NCBI GenBank assembly: GCA_002478275.1
Contig: DLMY01000031.1
Span: 1-64,000, forward strand
Reading direction: 5' to 3'
DNA length: 64,000 bases
Source: Actinobacteria bacterium UBA7524
Lineage (GTDB): Bacteria; Actinomycetota; Coriobacteriia; Anaerosomatales; UBA912
Positions 17,890 through 27,342 of this stretch are shown here, piece after piece; the first letter of the stretch is position 1; each line of letters starts with the position of its first letter. The notes beneath the pieces are model-generated. The model ran no database searches. It worked only from the letters and a program-made list of their open reading frames with translations, and was not told the DNA's origin. The position numbers and the translations under genes are program-made.

Positions 17890-19794
17890 CTACAGCTCGC
17901 GGACGATCTCGGTGACGAACCGCGCCGCCTGTTCGAGGTTCTCGGGCTGCACCTCGCCGGTCGTGTCGGTGTACCAGTGCCAGTTGGGCAGCCGGCCGTT
18001 GATGTCGAAAGCCATGATGCTCATCGCGCGGTACTTGCGCGCGAGTGCCGGGGTCGCGTCGGTCGACAGCCCCCTGTACTCACGCCCCTTCGCGACGATC
18101 TGGTGCTCGCGCGAGACCTGTCGCGCCATGTTGACGAGCCGACGGTCCGAACGGTACCGGCGTGCCATGCCCTCCCTCGTGACCCAGTACAGGGCTCCGG
18201 TGCCCAGGTTGTCCAGGTTGATGATGAACGCGCCCTTGAGCTCCGACGCATACTGGCCGAGGAACGCCCTCATCCCCCAAGTCCCCGCCTCTTCGGCGCC
18301 CGTGGCCACGAACCAGACCTCCTTGTCATCGATCGAGTAATCGATGCGATCGGTCACACGCTTGCGGATCCGTGATGCCTCGTTGGCGGCGAAATCCGGG
18401 TCACCGATCGGGTCATCACCGGCCCAGCCGCCGAGAACCCCGAAGTCATCGTCGTCGTCGTCGAAGTTCTCCCAGTTGCCGATGTCCTTGCCGGCCTTGC
18501 GCGCGTCGAAGCCCTTGTCGACACCCAGCCAGCCGCTCACGTCGGCGTCCGCAGACTCCTTGCGCTTCCTGCCCAGCCCGAACAGGCCGCCCTTGCGCGT
18601 GCGGCTACCGGAACGGTCAGGTGACTCGCCCGCCGGGATCGGGGACTCGCCACGTCCTGATGACGGGGGGACCGACAGGCCCTCTTCGGCGGGAGACTCG
18701 TCCAGGTCGAGCTCTGTCGATGCCGCACCCTCGTCCCAGTCAGGCTCTGGCCTGCGCTCTCGTGTCGACCCCACCGGCTCGAACTCCACCGTGCCGAAGT
18801 CGAGTGATGCCTGACGCGGCCGCTCCGACTCGCGAACAGGAGCGGTCTCGGCCCACTGGAAGTCATCGGGCAGCCCCGCAGGTGCCGTCTCGACCGGAAG
18901 CACGTCCTCGCCTTCTGCCCAGGTATCGACATCGCTTTCGACCGCGGGGAGCTGATCGCGGGGGATGACCTTGACGTTCTGCTCGGAGGGAGGAATGCCC
19001 CGGTCGGTCGCACGGGTGCTTCCCACAGGCGAGAAGGGCTGCGTCGGCATCTGGATGCCGCCTTCGGGCTCAGGCACGATGGCCTCCATGGCCGCAAGCA
19101 TCGCGGCGACTCCCGAAGCGTTGTCGTTGGCCCCGTCGACCGCGCGCATCGCAAGCTCGCGGTGCGTGTTGATGAGCGCCGGGATGAGCAGATATGCCGC
19201 GACCGCGAGGGTCAGGTACCACAGGTACGGGTCAGCCGCGGACGTCAGGGGAAGGTTGTCCAGGAACATCAACACCGGGACCAGGAACGTGCACCACTTC
19301 ATCAGCTCGAACGTCGCGGTGAAGTTCTTGACCATCGCGGGCGCGAACGCGAGCGAGGCTTTAGCGGAATCGTAGTGAGCCACGATGACGACCTTGCGCA
19401 ACCGCTCGCCCCGCCGGGCCTTGGGCACCCTGCGCGCGATGACGTTCTGGCTCGGTCCTTTGGGCATGACCGAGGAAAGCCCGCCCCGGGTGTCGAGATC
19501 GAACCACATCGTCACGGCCACGAAGGCCGCCACGGCGAACGCGATCCAGCGAAGCGGTCCCCACGCGTCGGCCCAGAAGAGCACGCCGGCGGACAGAACG
19601 GTGAGCACGTGATAGATGACGAACGCCCACGAGTACGTCCGCGGACACTCGAACTCCTGTCGCTCGACCTCGAGGCCTCGCGAACGGAAGCAGTCCTCGA
19701 TGTAGTTGGCGGCTTCAGCCTCCGCGTCCGTCGTCGCAGGTCGCGGGCCTATGCGGTCCGCGAGTTCGCGAACGTGCTGGATGGCCTCTGGCAT
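17890..19794 (-). CDS. M28 family membrane peptidase with large acidic insertion
   Basis: AHYDS, GANDNASG, GAEEAG, NLDNLG, WH motifs. Confidence 0.82.
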   Translation of the reverse strand: MPEAIQHVRELADRIGPRPATTDAEAEAANYIEDCFRSRGLEVERQEFECPRTYSWAFVIYHVLTVLSAGVLFWADAWGPLRWIAFAVAAFVAVTMWFDLDTRGGLSSVMPKGPSQNVIARRVPKARRGERLRKVVIVAHYDSAKASLAFAPAMVKNFTATFELMKWCTFLVPVLMFLDNLPLTSAADPYLWYLTLAVAAYLLIPALINTHRELAMRAVDGANDNASGVAAMLAAMEAIVPEPEGGIQMPTQPFSPVGSTRATDRGIPPSEQNVKVIPRDQLPAVESDVDTWAEGEDVLPVETAPAGLPDDFQWAETAPVRESERPRQASLDFGTVEFEPVGSTRERRPEPDWDEGAASTELDLDESPAEEGLSVPPSSGRGESPIPAGESPDRSGSRTRKGGLFGLGRKRKESADADVSGWLGVDKGFDARKAGKDIGNWENFDDDDDDFGVLGGWAGDDPIGDPDFAANEASRIRKRVTDRIDYSIDDKEVWFVATGAEEAGTWGMRAFLGQYASELKGAFIINLDNLGTGALYWVTREGMARRYRSDRRLVNMARQVSREHQIVAKGREYRGLSTDATPALARKYRAMSIMAFDINGRLPNWHWYTDTTGEVQPENLEQAARFVTEIVREL

Positions 19795-19866
19795 GGGGTC
19801 CTCCGGGCGTCTCGCGTGCGACGCGGCTTGTCCGCGCCACTCATCGCCTATGATACTGCACGCCCG

Positions 19867-21309
19867 TCATGGCAACAGCGTCTCATCGATCACCGTGCGC
19901 CTGAGGGAGGACTGCCCCGCGATCCCGTAGACCTCTATCTGATCGATGGCGATCAGACGGCGGGGCAGCTCTCCTGTGAAGTACAGGACCGACGCCGAGT
20001 GCGGGATATGGGGCTCCGCGCGCATCCTGGAGAAGTGGATGCCCCCCGTGGTGCCGGTGTTCAGGTACCACGTATCCCCCCTGCGCTCCAGAACGGGAGT
20101 GTGAGAATGTCCGGCGACGATGAGCGGCGCCAACCCCTCGAACGGCTTCACCATCGCCGTGTTGTGCACGGCGACGATCGTCGGCGTCGATTCCCCCGAG
20201 CGTATGCGGGCTGCAAGATCATCCGCGATCTCCTCGGCGCGTTCGGACATCGCCTGTCTGTCCGGCTCCACTGCCTGACCCTCAGACGCGGGATCGGCGA
20301 CCCCGAAGACGACGAGCCCGTCGACCTCGGTGGCCTCATCACGCAGGACGGTCACGTGTTCGAGAGCGTCGAGAGCGTCGATGATGGCGGGCGAGTCGTG
20401 GTTGCCGGGAACGAAGAGCTGGGGCACGGACGTGGGGACCTGTGAGGCCACGACCATCGCCTCGACCGGCGAACCGTAGTGGTTGATGTCTCCCGTGTCG
20501 ATGACGAGCGAGGCGGAGAATTCGCGTGCGAGCTCCTCGGCCAGTTCGAGGCCGACCGGATCGAGATGCAGGTCGGTGACGTGCAGGATGCGATACGTGC
20601 CCTCGAGGGCGCCTGCAGGTGCGAAGCTCTGAGGCGAATCGTAGTAGCGGGCGAGGTCGACCGCGAGTTTGCTGACCTGTTCGCGCAGGGACTCGACCTT
20701 CTCCGCCCGGCTCTGGACCAGCTCGATCAGCGACGGTGCGTATGCGACGGCGCCACGGAAGCGCGGAGTGCGGAAGGCGTCGAGGTCGAGAGTGGCGGCG
20801 GTCGCCGCGACGAGCAGCGCTGGCACGATGACGGCGACAGCGGTCGAAGCGACCACGGAGCGCCACGAGCGCCGCAACGCCCAACCAGCGAACGCCCCGG
20901 CGAGGCCCGCCGCGATCAGACCCTTCTCGATCGCACGCGAGAAGCCCGACCTGACGTCTTCGACCCATGCGTCGGTCGTAGCCTGGTCCAGGGTCTCCTC
21001 GGCAGCGAACGTCTCGAGTTGCGGGATGTCGATCTCGTCGAGGGATATCCGCAGGAAGAGCGGGAGCCGGTGGGTCGCGGCACGCACACTGCCGAACGGC
21101 GGGACGACGATCGCCGTCACGGGCCGGGTGGACAGGGTGGCCGCAACCGACAGGCGCGCCGGGCCGACGGAGAACGAGTGCCGGGCGAAACCGCCGAACG
21201 CCGCCAGGCCGACTGCGGCTGCGATCAGCAGCACGCCGCTCGCGGTCAGGTACCAGGCTGCGCGACGGCTGCGGGGTCTGGAGAGCGTGTCGGGGGCGTC
21301 ATCGTCCAT
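19867..21309 (-). CDS. Membrane-anchored calcineurin-like metallophosphoesterase
   Basis: TDLH, DTGD, GNHD, GHSH. Confidence 0.85.
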   Translation of the reverse strand: MDDDAPDTLSRPRSRRAAWYLTASGVLLIAAAVGLAAFGGFARHSFSVGPARLSVAATLSTRPVTAIVVPPFGSVRAATHRLPLFLRISLDEIDIPQLETFAAEETLDQATTDAWVEDVRSGFSRAIEKGLIAAGLAGAFAGWALRRSWRSVVASTAVAVIVPALLVAATAATLDLDAFRTPRFRGAVAYAPSLIELVQSRAEKVESLREQVSKLAVDLARYYDSPQSFAPAGALEGTYRILHVTDLHLDPVGLELAEELAREFSASLVIDTGDINHYGSPVEAMVVASQVPTSVPQLFVPGNHDSPAIIDALDALEHVTVLRDEATEVDGLVVFGVADPASEGQAVEPDRQAMSERAEEIADDLAARIRSGESTPTIVAVHNTAMVKPFEGLAPLIVAGHSHTPVLERRGDTWYLNTGTTGGIHFSRMRAEPHIPHSASVLYFTGELPRRLIAIDQIEVYGIAGQSSLRRTVIDETLLP

Positions 21310-21393
21310 AAGGACATCGTACCCCCGCGGCAGCGTACAATCATCCCGTCACCTCACACTGGTACATCACGAACACGCAGGTCAGGAATGGTC

Positions 21394-22674
21394 ATGCCCA
21401 ACGAACGCCCCAGACTCGCATCGATGTTGATGCTCGAATACGCGGTCATCTCCTCGGGAGCCGGCAACGGCGTCGCGACCGTCGCGATCCCCTGGCTCGT
21501 TCTGGAGCGAACCGGTCAACCGACGGCCGCGGGTATCGTCGGCGCTGCGACCGCGTTGCCGTTGCTGGCGTCGAGCTTCTTCTCGGGAGTCCTGGTCGAC
21601 ACGTTCGGTAAGCGCCGGATCTCGGTACTCTCCGACATCTTGTCGATGCTCTCGGTCATCGCCATCCCGCTCGTCGACCTGATGCTGGGCCTGAACCTGC
21701 CGCTGATCGTGGTGCTCGTAGCCCTCGGCGCCGTCTTCGACCCTGCGGGCGCTACCGCGCGTGAAGCGATGATCCCCGAAGCCGCCAGGAGCGCCGGATG
21801 GACACTGGAGCGCATGAACGGTGTCCACGAGGCCTCATGGGGCGTGGCGTATTTCATCGGCCCGGGTATAGGCGGCCTGCTCATCGCGTTCGTCGGGGCG
21901 ACCGGCGCGCTATGGGCGACCGCGGCCGGTTTCGCCGTGTCCGCTCTCCTGATGGCGGTCGTGAGGCTCGACGGCATCGACGTTCCCGAGCATGCGGACC
22001 GGCCCGAGAATCTGCTCGGGGGCGCCATCGAAGGCATGGTCATGACTTGGCGTGATCGGACGTTGCGCTGGATGCTGCTGGTCATCATGGTGCTGGTCGC
22101 GATCTACATGCCGGTCGAGGGCGTGTTCCTGCCCGTGGTGTTCGAAGCGCAGCAAGCGCCGCAGCGGCTCGGGGTCGTGCTCATGGCGATGAGCGGGGCC
22201 GGCGTCGCCGGTTCGCTTCTCTACGGTGCGCACGGACAGCGCTTCTCGCGCCGCAAAGCGTTCGGTTACTCCGTGCTCGCCGCGTGCGTGACGCTCGCCG
22301 GCCTGGCACTGCTGCCCCCGTTTCCGCTGCTCGTGACCGCAGCAGCGCTTACCGGATTCTTCTGGGGGCCGGTCGGGCCGCTCCTCAACATCGCCATGCA
22401 GACACGAGTCGCGCCCTCGAAGCGCGGCCGTGTACTCGGGGTGCTGATGTCGGCACAGTATGCGGCAGGGCCTATCGGCTATCTGGTCGCCGGCCCGCTC
22501 GTGGAGAGCGTAGGGGTCGAGGTTGCGTTCGCGGCGTTCGGCGGTGCGCTGCTCATCGTCGGTATGCTCACCCCGTTCGTCCCGTCACTCGAGGAGCTCG
22601 ACGAGCCCGGCGAGTACGAAGCCGAGGTCACCGGCGTGGAGGCGCGCCCGCCGACAGGCGAGCGCATCGGCTGA
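21394..22674 (+). CDS. MFS transporter (Tap/Rv1258c-like efflux)
   Basis: About 12 TMs, GVLVDTFGKRR motif A, GAVFDPAG, RGRVLG. Confidence 0.85.
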   Translation: MPNERPRLASMLMLEYAVISSGAGNGVATVAIPWLVLERTGQPTAAGIVGAATALPLLASSFFSGVLVDTFGKRRISVLSDILSMLSVIAIPLVDLMLGLNLPLIVVLVALGAVFDPAGATAREAMIPEAARSAGWTLERMNGVHEASWGVAYFIGPGIGGLLIAFVGATGALWATAAGFAVSALLMAVVRLDGIDVPEHADRPENLLGGAIEGMVMTWRDRTLRWMLLVIMVLVAIYMPVEGVFLPVVFEAQQAPQRLGVVLMAMSGAGVAGSLLYGAHGQRFSRRKAFGYSVLAACVTLAGLALLPPFPLLVTAAALTGFFWGPVGPLLNIAMQTRVAPSKRGRVLGVLMSAQYAAGPIGYLVAGPLVESVGVEVAFAAFGGALLIVGMLTPFVPSLEELDEPGEYEAEVTGVEARPPTGERIG

Positions 22675-22727
22675 GCGTCGGCGCTACCTGACGGCCCCTC
22701 CTGCAGCTCAAGAAATCCGGTGAGCCC

Positions 22728-23108
22728 CTAGCGCTCCATCTCGGGCATGCCGCCCGTGTGACACCCGAAGCACTGGTTCATCCGGTATGTCGCGTGACGC
22801 TCGACGACCTCGGGATCGTCACTGTGGCACCTGCATCCGGGTATCTGGATCGCAAGCGGGCTGTTCGGATCGGGTGCGGGAACAGCAGGCGTGCCCTCCT
22901 CACCAGTCAGGGCAGGCGAAGCGACGTCGGCGCCAGCGACCACATCCCGGGCCGGCGACACCTGCCCGCCAGCCGCAGGCACCGCTGCCGGCGTTGGCGC
23001 TGGCGGGCTCTGGGGCACTCCGAACGCGAACGCCAATGCAGTGAGAAGCAGCATCGCGGCCACGACCGACAGGGTCACGATCAGCGCGGTCCGCTTGCGA
23101 GTCGACAT
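22728..23108 (-). CDS. Small membrane-anchored c-type cytochrome (CXCH + CXXCH)
   Basis: N-terminal signal/TM, Pro/Ala linker, CRCH and CFGCH. Confidence 0.65.
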   Translation of the reverse strand: MSTRKRTALIVTLSVVAAMLLLTALAFAFGVPQSPPAPTPAAVPAAGGQVSPARDVVAGADVASPALTGEEGTPAVPAPDPNSPLAIQIPGCRCHSDDPEVVERHATYRMNQCFGCHTGGMPEMER

Positions 23109-23123
23109 CGCGAGGCCCTCCCG

Positions 23124-23510
23124 TCAGCCGTGGATGAGTGCGGGCAGGCACCTGGTGCAGACCCACGTCGAGTCGCCGGCGGTGCGCACAGGCAGCAACG
23201 GGCGGTCGTCCTCCGAAGTGCCGCACTTGTAGCAGTGCTGTGCGATGTAGTTCGTCTTCTTCTCCGCCACGATCACCTCGGCGGCGGCATGGTCGAACGG
23301 CACCGCGTCCCTCATCTCGAGAGTGAGCGCACCGGTCGGGCACACGCCCAGGCAGAAGCCCGCCCCGTCACACAGCTCATCGCGCACGACGCGCGCCTTG
23401 CCGTCCACGAGCACGATGGCTCCTTCGGCACACGGGCTGACGCACAGTCCGCAACCGTTGCACAGCTCCTCGTCGATCCTGACTATCTGACGCGTTATCG
23501 TGGTGCTCAT
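23124..23510 (-). CDS. 2x[4Fe-4S] ferredoxin with C-terminal Cys domain (FrdX-like)
   Basis: CNGCGLCVSPC, CDGAGFCLGVCP, CYKC..CTRC. Confidence 0.88.
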   Translation of the reverse strand: MSTTITRQIVRIDEELCNGCGLCVSPCAEGAIVLVDGKARVVRDELCDGAGFCLGVCPTGALTLEMRDAVPFDHAAAEVIVAEKKTNYIAQHCYKCGTSEDDRPLLPVRTAGDSTWVCTRCLPALIHG

Positions 23511-23560
23511 CCGTCACTCCTTCTCGTGGTGGTGTGTTCGTCCTTGCCGCCGCCCGTGCC

Positions 23561-23980
23561 CTACGCCGAAGACCCGCGCATCTCCCGTCGCGCCTTCATC
23601 CCGGCGACCGCGTGCCGCACCGAATCGAGCGCGTAGCCATGGAAGACCGACCTCGGTCCGCTGTACTCCATGACCTCCCGCATGGCCTCCTTCATCTGCG
23701 GGCGGTAGCAATGCGTGTCGCAGTGGCTACAGAACGGCTTGGGGTCCTTGGGGCAGTAGGCACGCCGGGCCTCTGCGTAGCGCGTCAGCTCCGCGCACTC
23801 CTCGCAACACTCCGGCACCTTGTCCCCATACACGCCGAGGAACGCCGCATCACTCGTAAGCGGGACGCGTGCGGCGTCCTTGTGCTTTCCTCGGCAGTAG
23901 ATGGCGACGAAGTCACCTACGGTGCGAATGTCGTGGGCGACCTGGGGGTCGGCCACCTTCTGTGCGAACGAATCGTTCAC
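23561..23980 (-). CDS. YgbA-like (nitrous oxide-stimulated promoter family) protein
   Basis: IYCRGKH, CEECAEL..YA, CP..KPFCSHCDTHCY, YSGPR. Confidence 0.82.
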   Translation of the reverse strand: MNDSFAQKVADPQVAHDIRTVGDFVAIYCRGKHKDAARVPLTSDAAFLGVYGDKVPECCEECAELTRYAEARRAYCPKDPKPFCSHCDTHCYRPQMKEAMREVMEYSGPRSVFHGYALDSVRHAVAGMKARREMRGSSA

Positions 23981-24080
23981 GGCGCGTGCTCCCTCGTTCT
24001 CCCGCTGTGTTGCGTAACCGACCCAGGCGGCCGCTTACGCCCTGCACCCGGTACGCTACTCGCGTCGGACAGATGTATCC

Positions 24081-24094
24081 TTGACGGTAGTCAA
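24081..24094. promoter_or_regulatory. Crp/Fnr-family operator
   Basis: TTGAC-GGTA-GTCAA palindrome between the divergent ygbA-like gene and the regulator. Confidence 0.7.
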
Positions 24095-24152
24095 ATGCGG
24101 TCCGGCACCTCATAGCGCTGGCAAGGTTGAAGCAGACGGGTGGATAGAGCAC

Positions 24153-24860
24153 ATGACTGAGAAAGCACGGGCGGACATCTACGCGGCCATGCGGGACTGC
24201 CGGCTGTGGCTCGACGCGAGTGACGAGGGAGTGGCGCGTCTCGCCGCCGCTGCGACAGCGCGTGACGTGTCCCGCGGCACTGCACTGGCTGTCGAAGGCG
24301 AGCCGGCGACATCGTTCGGCGTACTGGTCACCGGAACCGCCAGGGTCTACCACCTGGCCGCGGACGGACGGCAGATGACGCTTGAGACGGTGGGGGCCGG
24401 TCAGCCGATCGCGGCCATCGCCGCGCTTGCCGGCGGCCGCTACCCGGCACACATCGAGACGACCACGCCCGCGACGGTGGCCTGGCTACCCCGGGAGGCG
24501 CTCTACGACCTGCTCGACTCCGAACCCGGGGTGGTGCGCACGCTCATCGGTGACCTGGCCAGGCGCCTCGTCAACTTCACTACCGTGGTGCAGTCGCTGA
24601 CCCTCGATGTGCCTGCGCGATTGGCCGGTTATCTGTTCCAGCAGGCACTCGCGACAGGAACACCCGCGGCCTCGGGACTGGTGATCGACCTCGGGATGCC
24701 CAAAGGAGAACTCGCCATCGCGCTGGGGACCGTCCCGGAGACCCTGTCGCGCGCCTTCGCGCGCCTTCGCGAGGAAGGCGTGCTCGAAGTCCACGGGCAG
24801 AGGGTCACGGTGCTGGACGTGCGAGCGTTGGCGGCAACGGCAAGCGGACTGGACAAGTAG
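24153..24860 (+). CDS. Crp/Fnr family transcriptional regulator (HcpR/Dnr-like)
   Basis: cNMP-like beta-barrel, HTH LGTVPETLSR; no FNR Cys cluster. Confidence 0.9.
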   Translation: MTEKARADIYAAMRDCRLWLDASDEGVARLAAAATARDVSRGTALAVEGEPATSFGVLVTGTARVYHLAADGRQMTLETVGAGQPIAAIAALAGGRYPAHIETTTPATVAWLPREALYDLLDSEPGVVRTLIGDLARRLVNFTTVVQSLTLDVPARLAGYLFQQALATGTPAASGLVIDLGMPKGELAIALGTVPETLSRAFARLREEGVLEVHGQRVTVLDVRALAATASGLDK

Positions 24861-24919
24861 GCACTGAGCGGTGCGGCGCCGGATCGCCGCACGAACTCGC
24901 ACACCGGCAGGCGCTCTCG

Positions 24920-25837
24920 CTACTGGGTGATACGCTCCAGGGCGGCATCGGCCTTCGCCGCCTCGTCCCGGGCACGGAAGTACTCGTCAGTCGCATCCCC
25001 GGCGATCTTCTCGTAGGCGTTCGCGATCGCTGCGGCCGGAGTCTCGGGAAGTTCCTTGATCTTCTCGACGAGCTCCTTCTCCTTAGCGTTGAACTGGTCC
25101 GAAAGCTTGTTCGCGTCCGCGGGCCTGCCTGCCAAGTACGCCGCGTCGGCCTGCTTGGACAGGCCGATCAACAGCAGCTTCTCTTCGACATACGCCACGA
25201 ACGCGTCCACGCCGGCCTCCTCGAGGATGCCGTGGGCTTCCTTCAGGAGTCTGCGGGCCTCGGTGAGCTTCGTCTCGGCCTGCGTGTTGAGCTCCTGCGA
25301 CCTGGCGGCCGCCTCCTTGGTGAGCTTGTTGTACTCCGTCACCGCTTGCTCGGAGAGGTCCTCTCCCTCAAGCAACAGCTCCCATCCTTCAAGTGCTGCC
25401 TCGAGGGCCCTGGCGACCCGGGTGTTGGCCTCCAGCAGCGGACGAGCGCTCGCGAGCATCTCGAGGCGGGCACGCGCAGAACGAACCAGCGCGTCGGCCT
25501 CGGCCGTCCGCTCATCAGGCAACGCGGGGCGTGCCTCGCCAAGCATCTCGATCGACCGGCGCAAGTCACGCTCTGCATCCGCGACAGAAGTGGTCAACTC
25601 ACTGGCCTTCGCGCCGAGTTCGGCATCGATCTCGGCACGTACGACCTCGTCGACCTCGATGACGACTTCGTCCGCTCTCTGCATCAGCTCGACCGCCTCG
25701 GCAAGCTGTTCCAGAGCCGCCTCCCGGGCGGTCGTCTCGCGATAACCGTATAGTCCCGCGGCAGCGATGAGGGCGAGCGCCACGAGTATCCCGACCACGA
25801 TCGTGATGACCTTCGCCGGGCTTCGCCTCTCGGTCAC
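24920..25837 (-). CDS. Membrane-anchored alpha-helical hypothetical protein
   Basis: N-terminal TM, Ala/Glu-rich helical body, AAAGGAAG RBS. Confidence 0.7.
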   Translation of the reverse strand: MTERRSPAKVITIVVGILVALALIAAAGLYGYRETTAREAALEQLAEAVELMQRADEVVIEVDEVVRAEIDAELGAKASELTTSVADAERDLRRSIEMLGEARPALPDERTAEADALVRSARARLEMLASARPLLEANTRVARALEAALEGWELLLEGEDLSEQAVTEYNKLTKEAAARSQELNTQAETKLTEARRLLKEAHGILEEAGVDAFVAYVEEKLLLIGLSKQADAAYLAGRPADANKLSDQFNAKEKELVEKIKELPETPAAAIANAYEKIAGDATDEYFRARDEAAKADAALERITQ

Positions 25838-25937
25838 GGTGACCCACTTCCTTTCATCAGCGCGCCCTCCGGCTTGATGAAGGGCGACGGGTCCGTGTCA
25901 GTCACTCTACACTCACGGCCGTGAGCCGTGCAGCCCC

Positions 25938-27014
25938 TCACCTCTCGCCACGCCTGGCCACGGGCAAGCGCATCGTCAGCATCCCGGGCGAAGGTCCCGC
26001 TGCGAGCGAGCCCCCATGCGCGCGGGCGACCGATGCGGCAAGTAGCCTCAGTACGCCCGTGCCCACACCCGCCTCCAGCACAGGATCGGCCTCCTGTCGA
26101 GAAGGCGCGCTTCCGTTCGCCTCGCCCCTGCTCAACCGGATGAACACGTTCGTGTCCTCCTGCTCCAACCGGATAGACACGCCCTCGGGCGCATCACGCG
26201 CTACCAGCACGAACATCGCGGACAACGCCCGTTCCACGCAACGTCTGTCAAGCTCCACCGCACCCACCTCGCGCGCAAAATCGAAGACGACAGGACCGCT
26301 GCCGTGTTCCTGCTCGAACCGCGCGACGACGTCGGTCACAAGCGCCGACAGTTCGACCCGCTCAAGCTCCAGGCGGACGCGACCCGACCGCATCCGGGAC
26401 AGCAAGACCGCGTCGTCCAGCAATTCTGCGACCACCGCCGCATGGTGTTCAACCGCACGGATCGAGCGTGTCCGGCGCGAGGCGTCCTCTAGGATCTCAG
26501 GCCTGGACAGGAGCTGCGCGTACCCTGCCAGGGCGGTCAATGGCTTCTTCAGCTCTGCGGAGACCGACTCAAGCAGATCGTCGAAGGCGTCGGATGCACT
26601 GGCGCCCCCGATGCCCGGGCGCGACAGGCACAACACCGCCGCAGGATGACCTTCGCTGTCGGCAAGCGGCGTCAGCTTGAGCGTGACGTACTTGGAGGAT
26701 CCGTCCTTGTGCAGGGCGATGGTCTCACGCGAGACCGGGTCGCCACCGCCTGCCACCGCCCTCAAGTCGCGAACGGCTCGCACGTGGAGTTCCTCGGGGA
26801 GGTTCGGGAGTCTCGCGCCTATCGCCTCATCCTCGCAAAACCCGTAGAGCACTTCCGACGCGGGGTTCCACCTGACGACCCTGCCATCCAGGTCCAGGAC
26901 CATCGTCGCGTCAGACGTCGCCTGCATCAGGCTCTCGAGCGATGCGATCGCATCAAGCCCGCACGGCAAGACGGCTCTGCGGGACCTGGATGCGCGTTCA
27001 CCCGATCTGCTCAC
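25938..27014 (-). CDS. PAS-domain histidine-kinase-like protein, degenerate
   Basis: PAS (WNPASE..HKDG), H-box reads SAELKKPL, eroded ATPase boxes; AGGGAG RBS before GTG. Confidence 0.75.
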   Translation of the reverse strand: MSRSGERASRSRRAVLPCGLDAIASLESLMQATSDATMVLDLDGRVVRWNPASEVLYGFCEDEAIGARLPNLPEELHVRAVRDLRAVAGGGDPVSRETIALHKDGSSKYVTLKLTPLADSEGHPAAVLCLSRPGIGGASASDAFDDLLESVSAELKKPLTALAGYAQLLSRPEILEDASRRTRSIRAVEHHAAVVAELLDDAVLLSRMRSGRVRLELERVELSALVTDVVARFEQEHGSGPVVFDFAREVGAVELDRRCVERALSAMFVLVARDAPEGVSIRLEQEDTNVFIRLSRGEANGSAPSRQEADPVLEAGVGTGVLRLLAASVARAHGGSLAAGPSPGMLTMRLPVARRGER

Positions 27015-27145
27015 GTGACACTCCCTGAGTAACGGACTGTGCGTACCCCTCTGTATACCACCCTTGAGGAAGCGAGCGAAGAACATCCGCCCAGGAGGTG
27101 GCCCATCTCGCTTCAGGCCTCGTACGTGCTCCTGCGACATGATCC

Positions 27146-27161
27146 TGGCACACACGTTGCT
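27146..27161 (+). promoter_or_regulatory. sigma54-type (-24/-12) promoter
   Basis: TGGCAC-ACACG-TTGCT with GG-N10-GC spacing. Confidence 0.55.
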
Positions 27162-27171
27162 TGCATGGTTC

Positions 27172-27271
27172 CCGAGCGTGGCGACCCGCCTTCTCCTCCC
27201 CCCCTCAGGGGCGGATTCCGCCTGCTCGGCACTGAACGAGGCGCGTCCCCCCACGCGCCTCGTTTCCTTTT
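27172..27271 (+). ncRNA. Candidate small RNA with two C-rich-loop hairpins (6C/cuckoo-like)
   Basis: Hairpin 1 27172-27229 with CTCCTCCCCCCCTC loop; hairpin 2 27235-27264 (12-bp perfect stem, CCCCCC loop) followed by TCCTTTT. Confidence 0.6.
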
Positions 27272-27342
27272 CCGGCCATCTCGGCCACCGAACACGGTTC
27301 TCCTCGGCTAGAATCTGTACGAGACATCCCGGGAGGAACACC

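Noticed and set aside
27289..27300. SOS-box-like GAAC-ACG-GTTC before pafB
   Set aside because: Spacer is 3 nt rather than the required 4.
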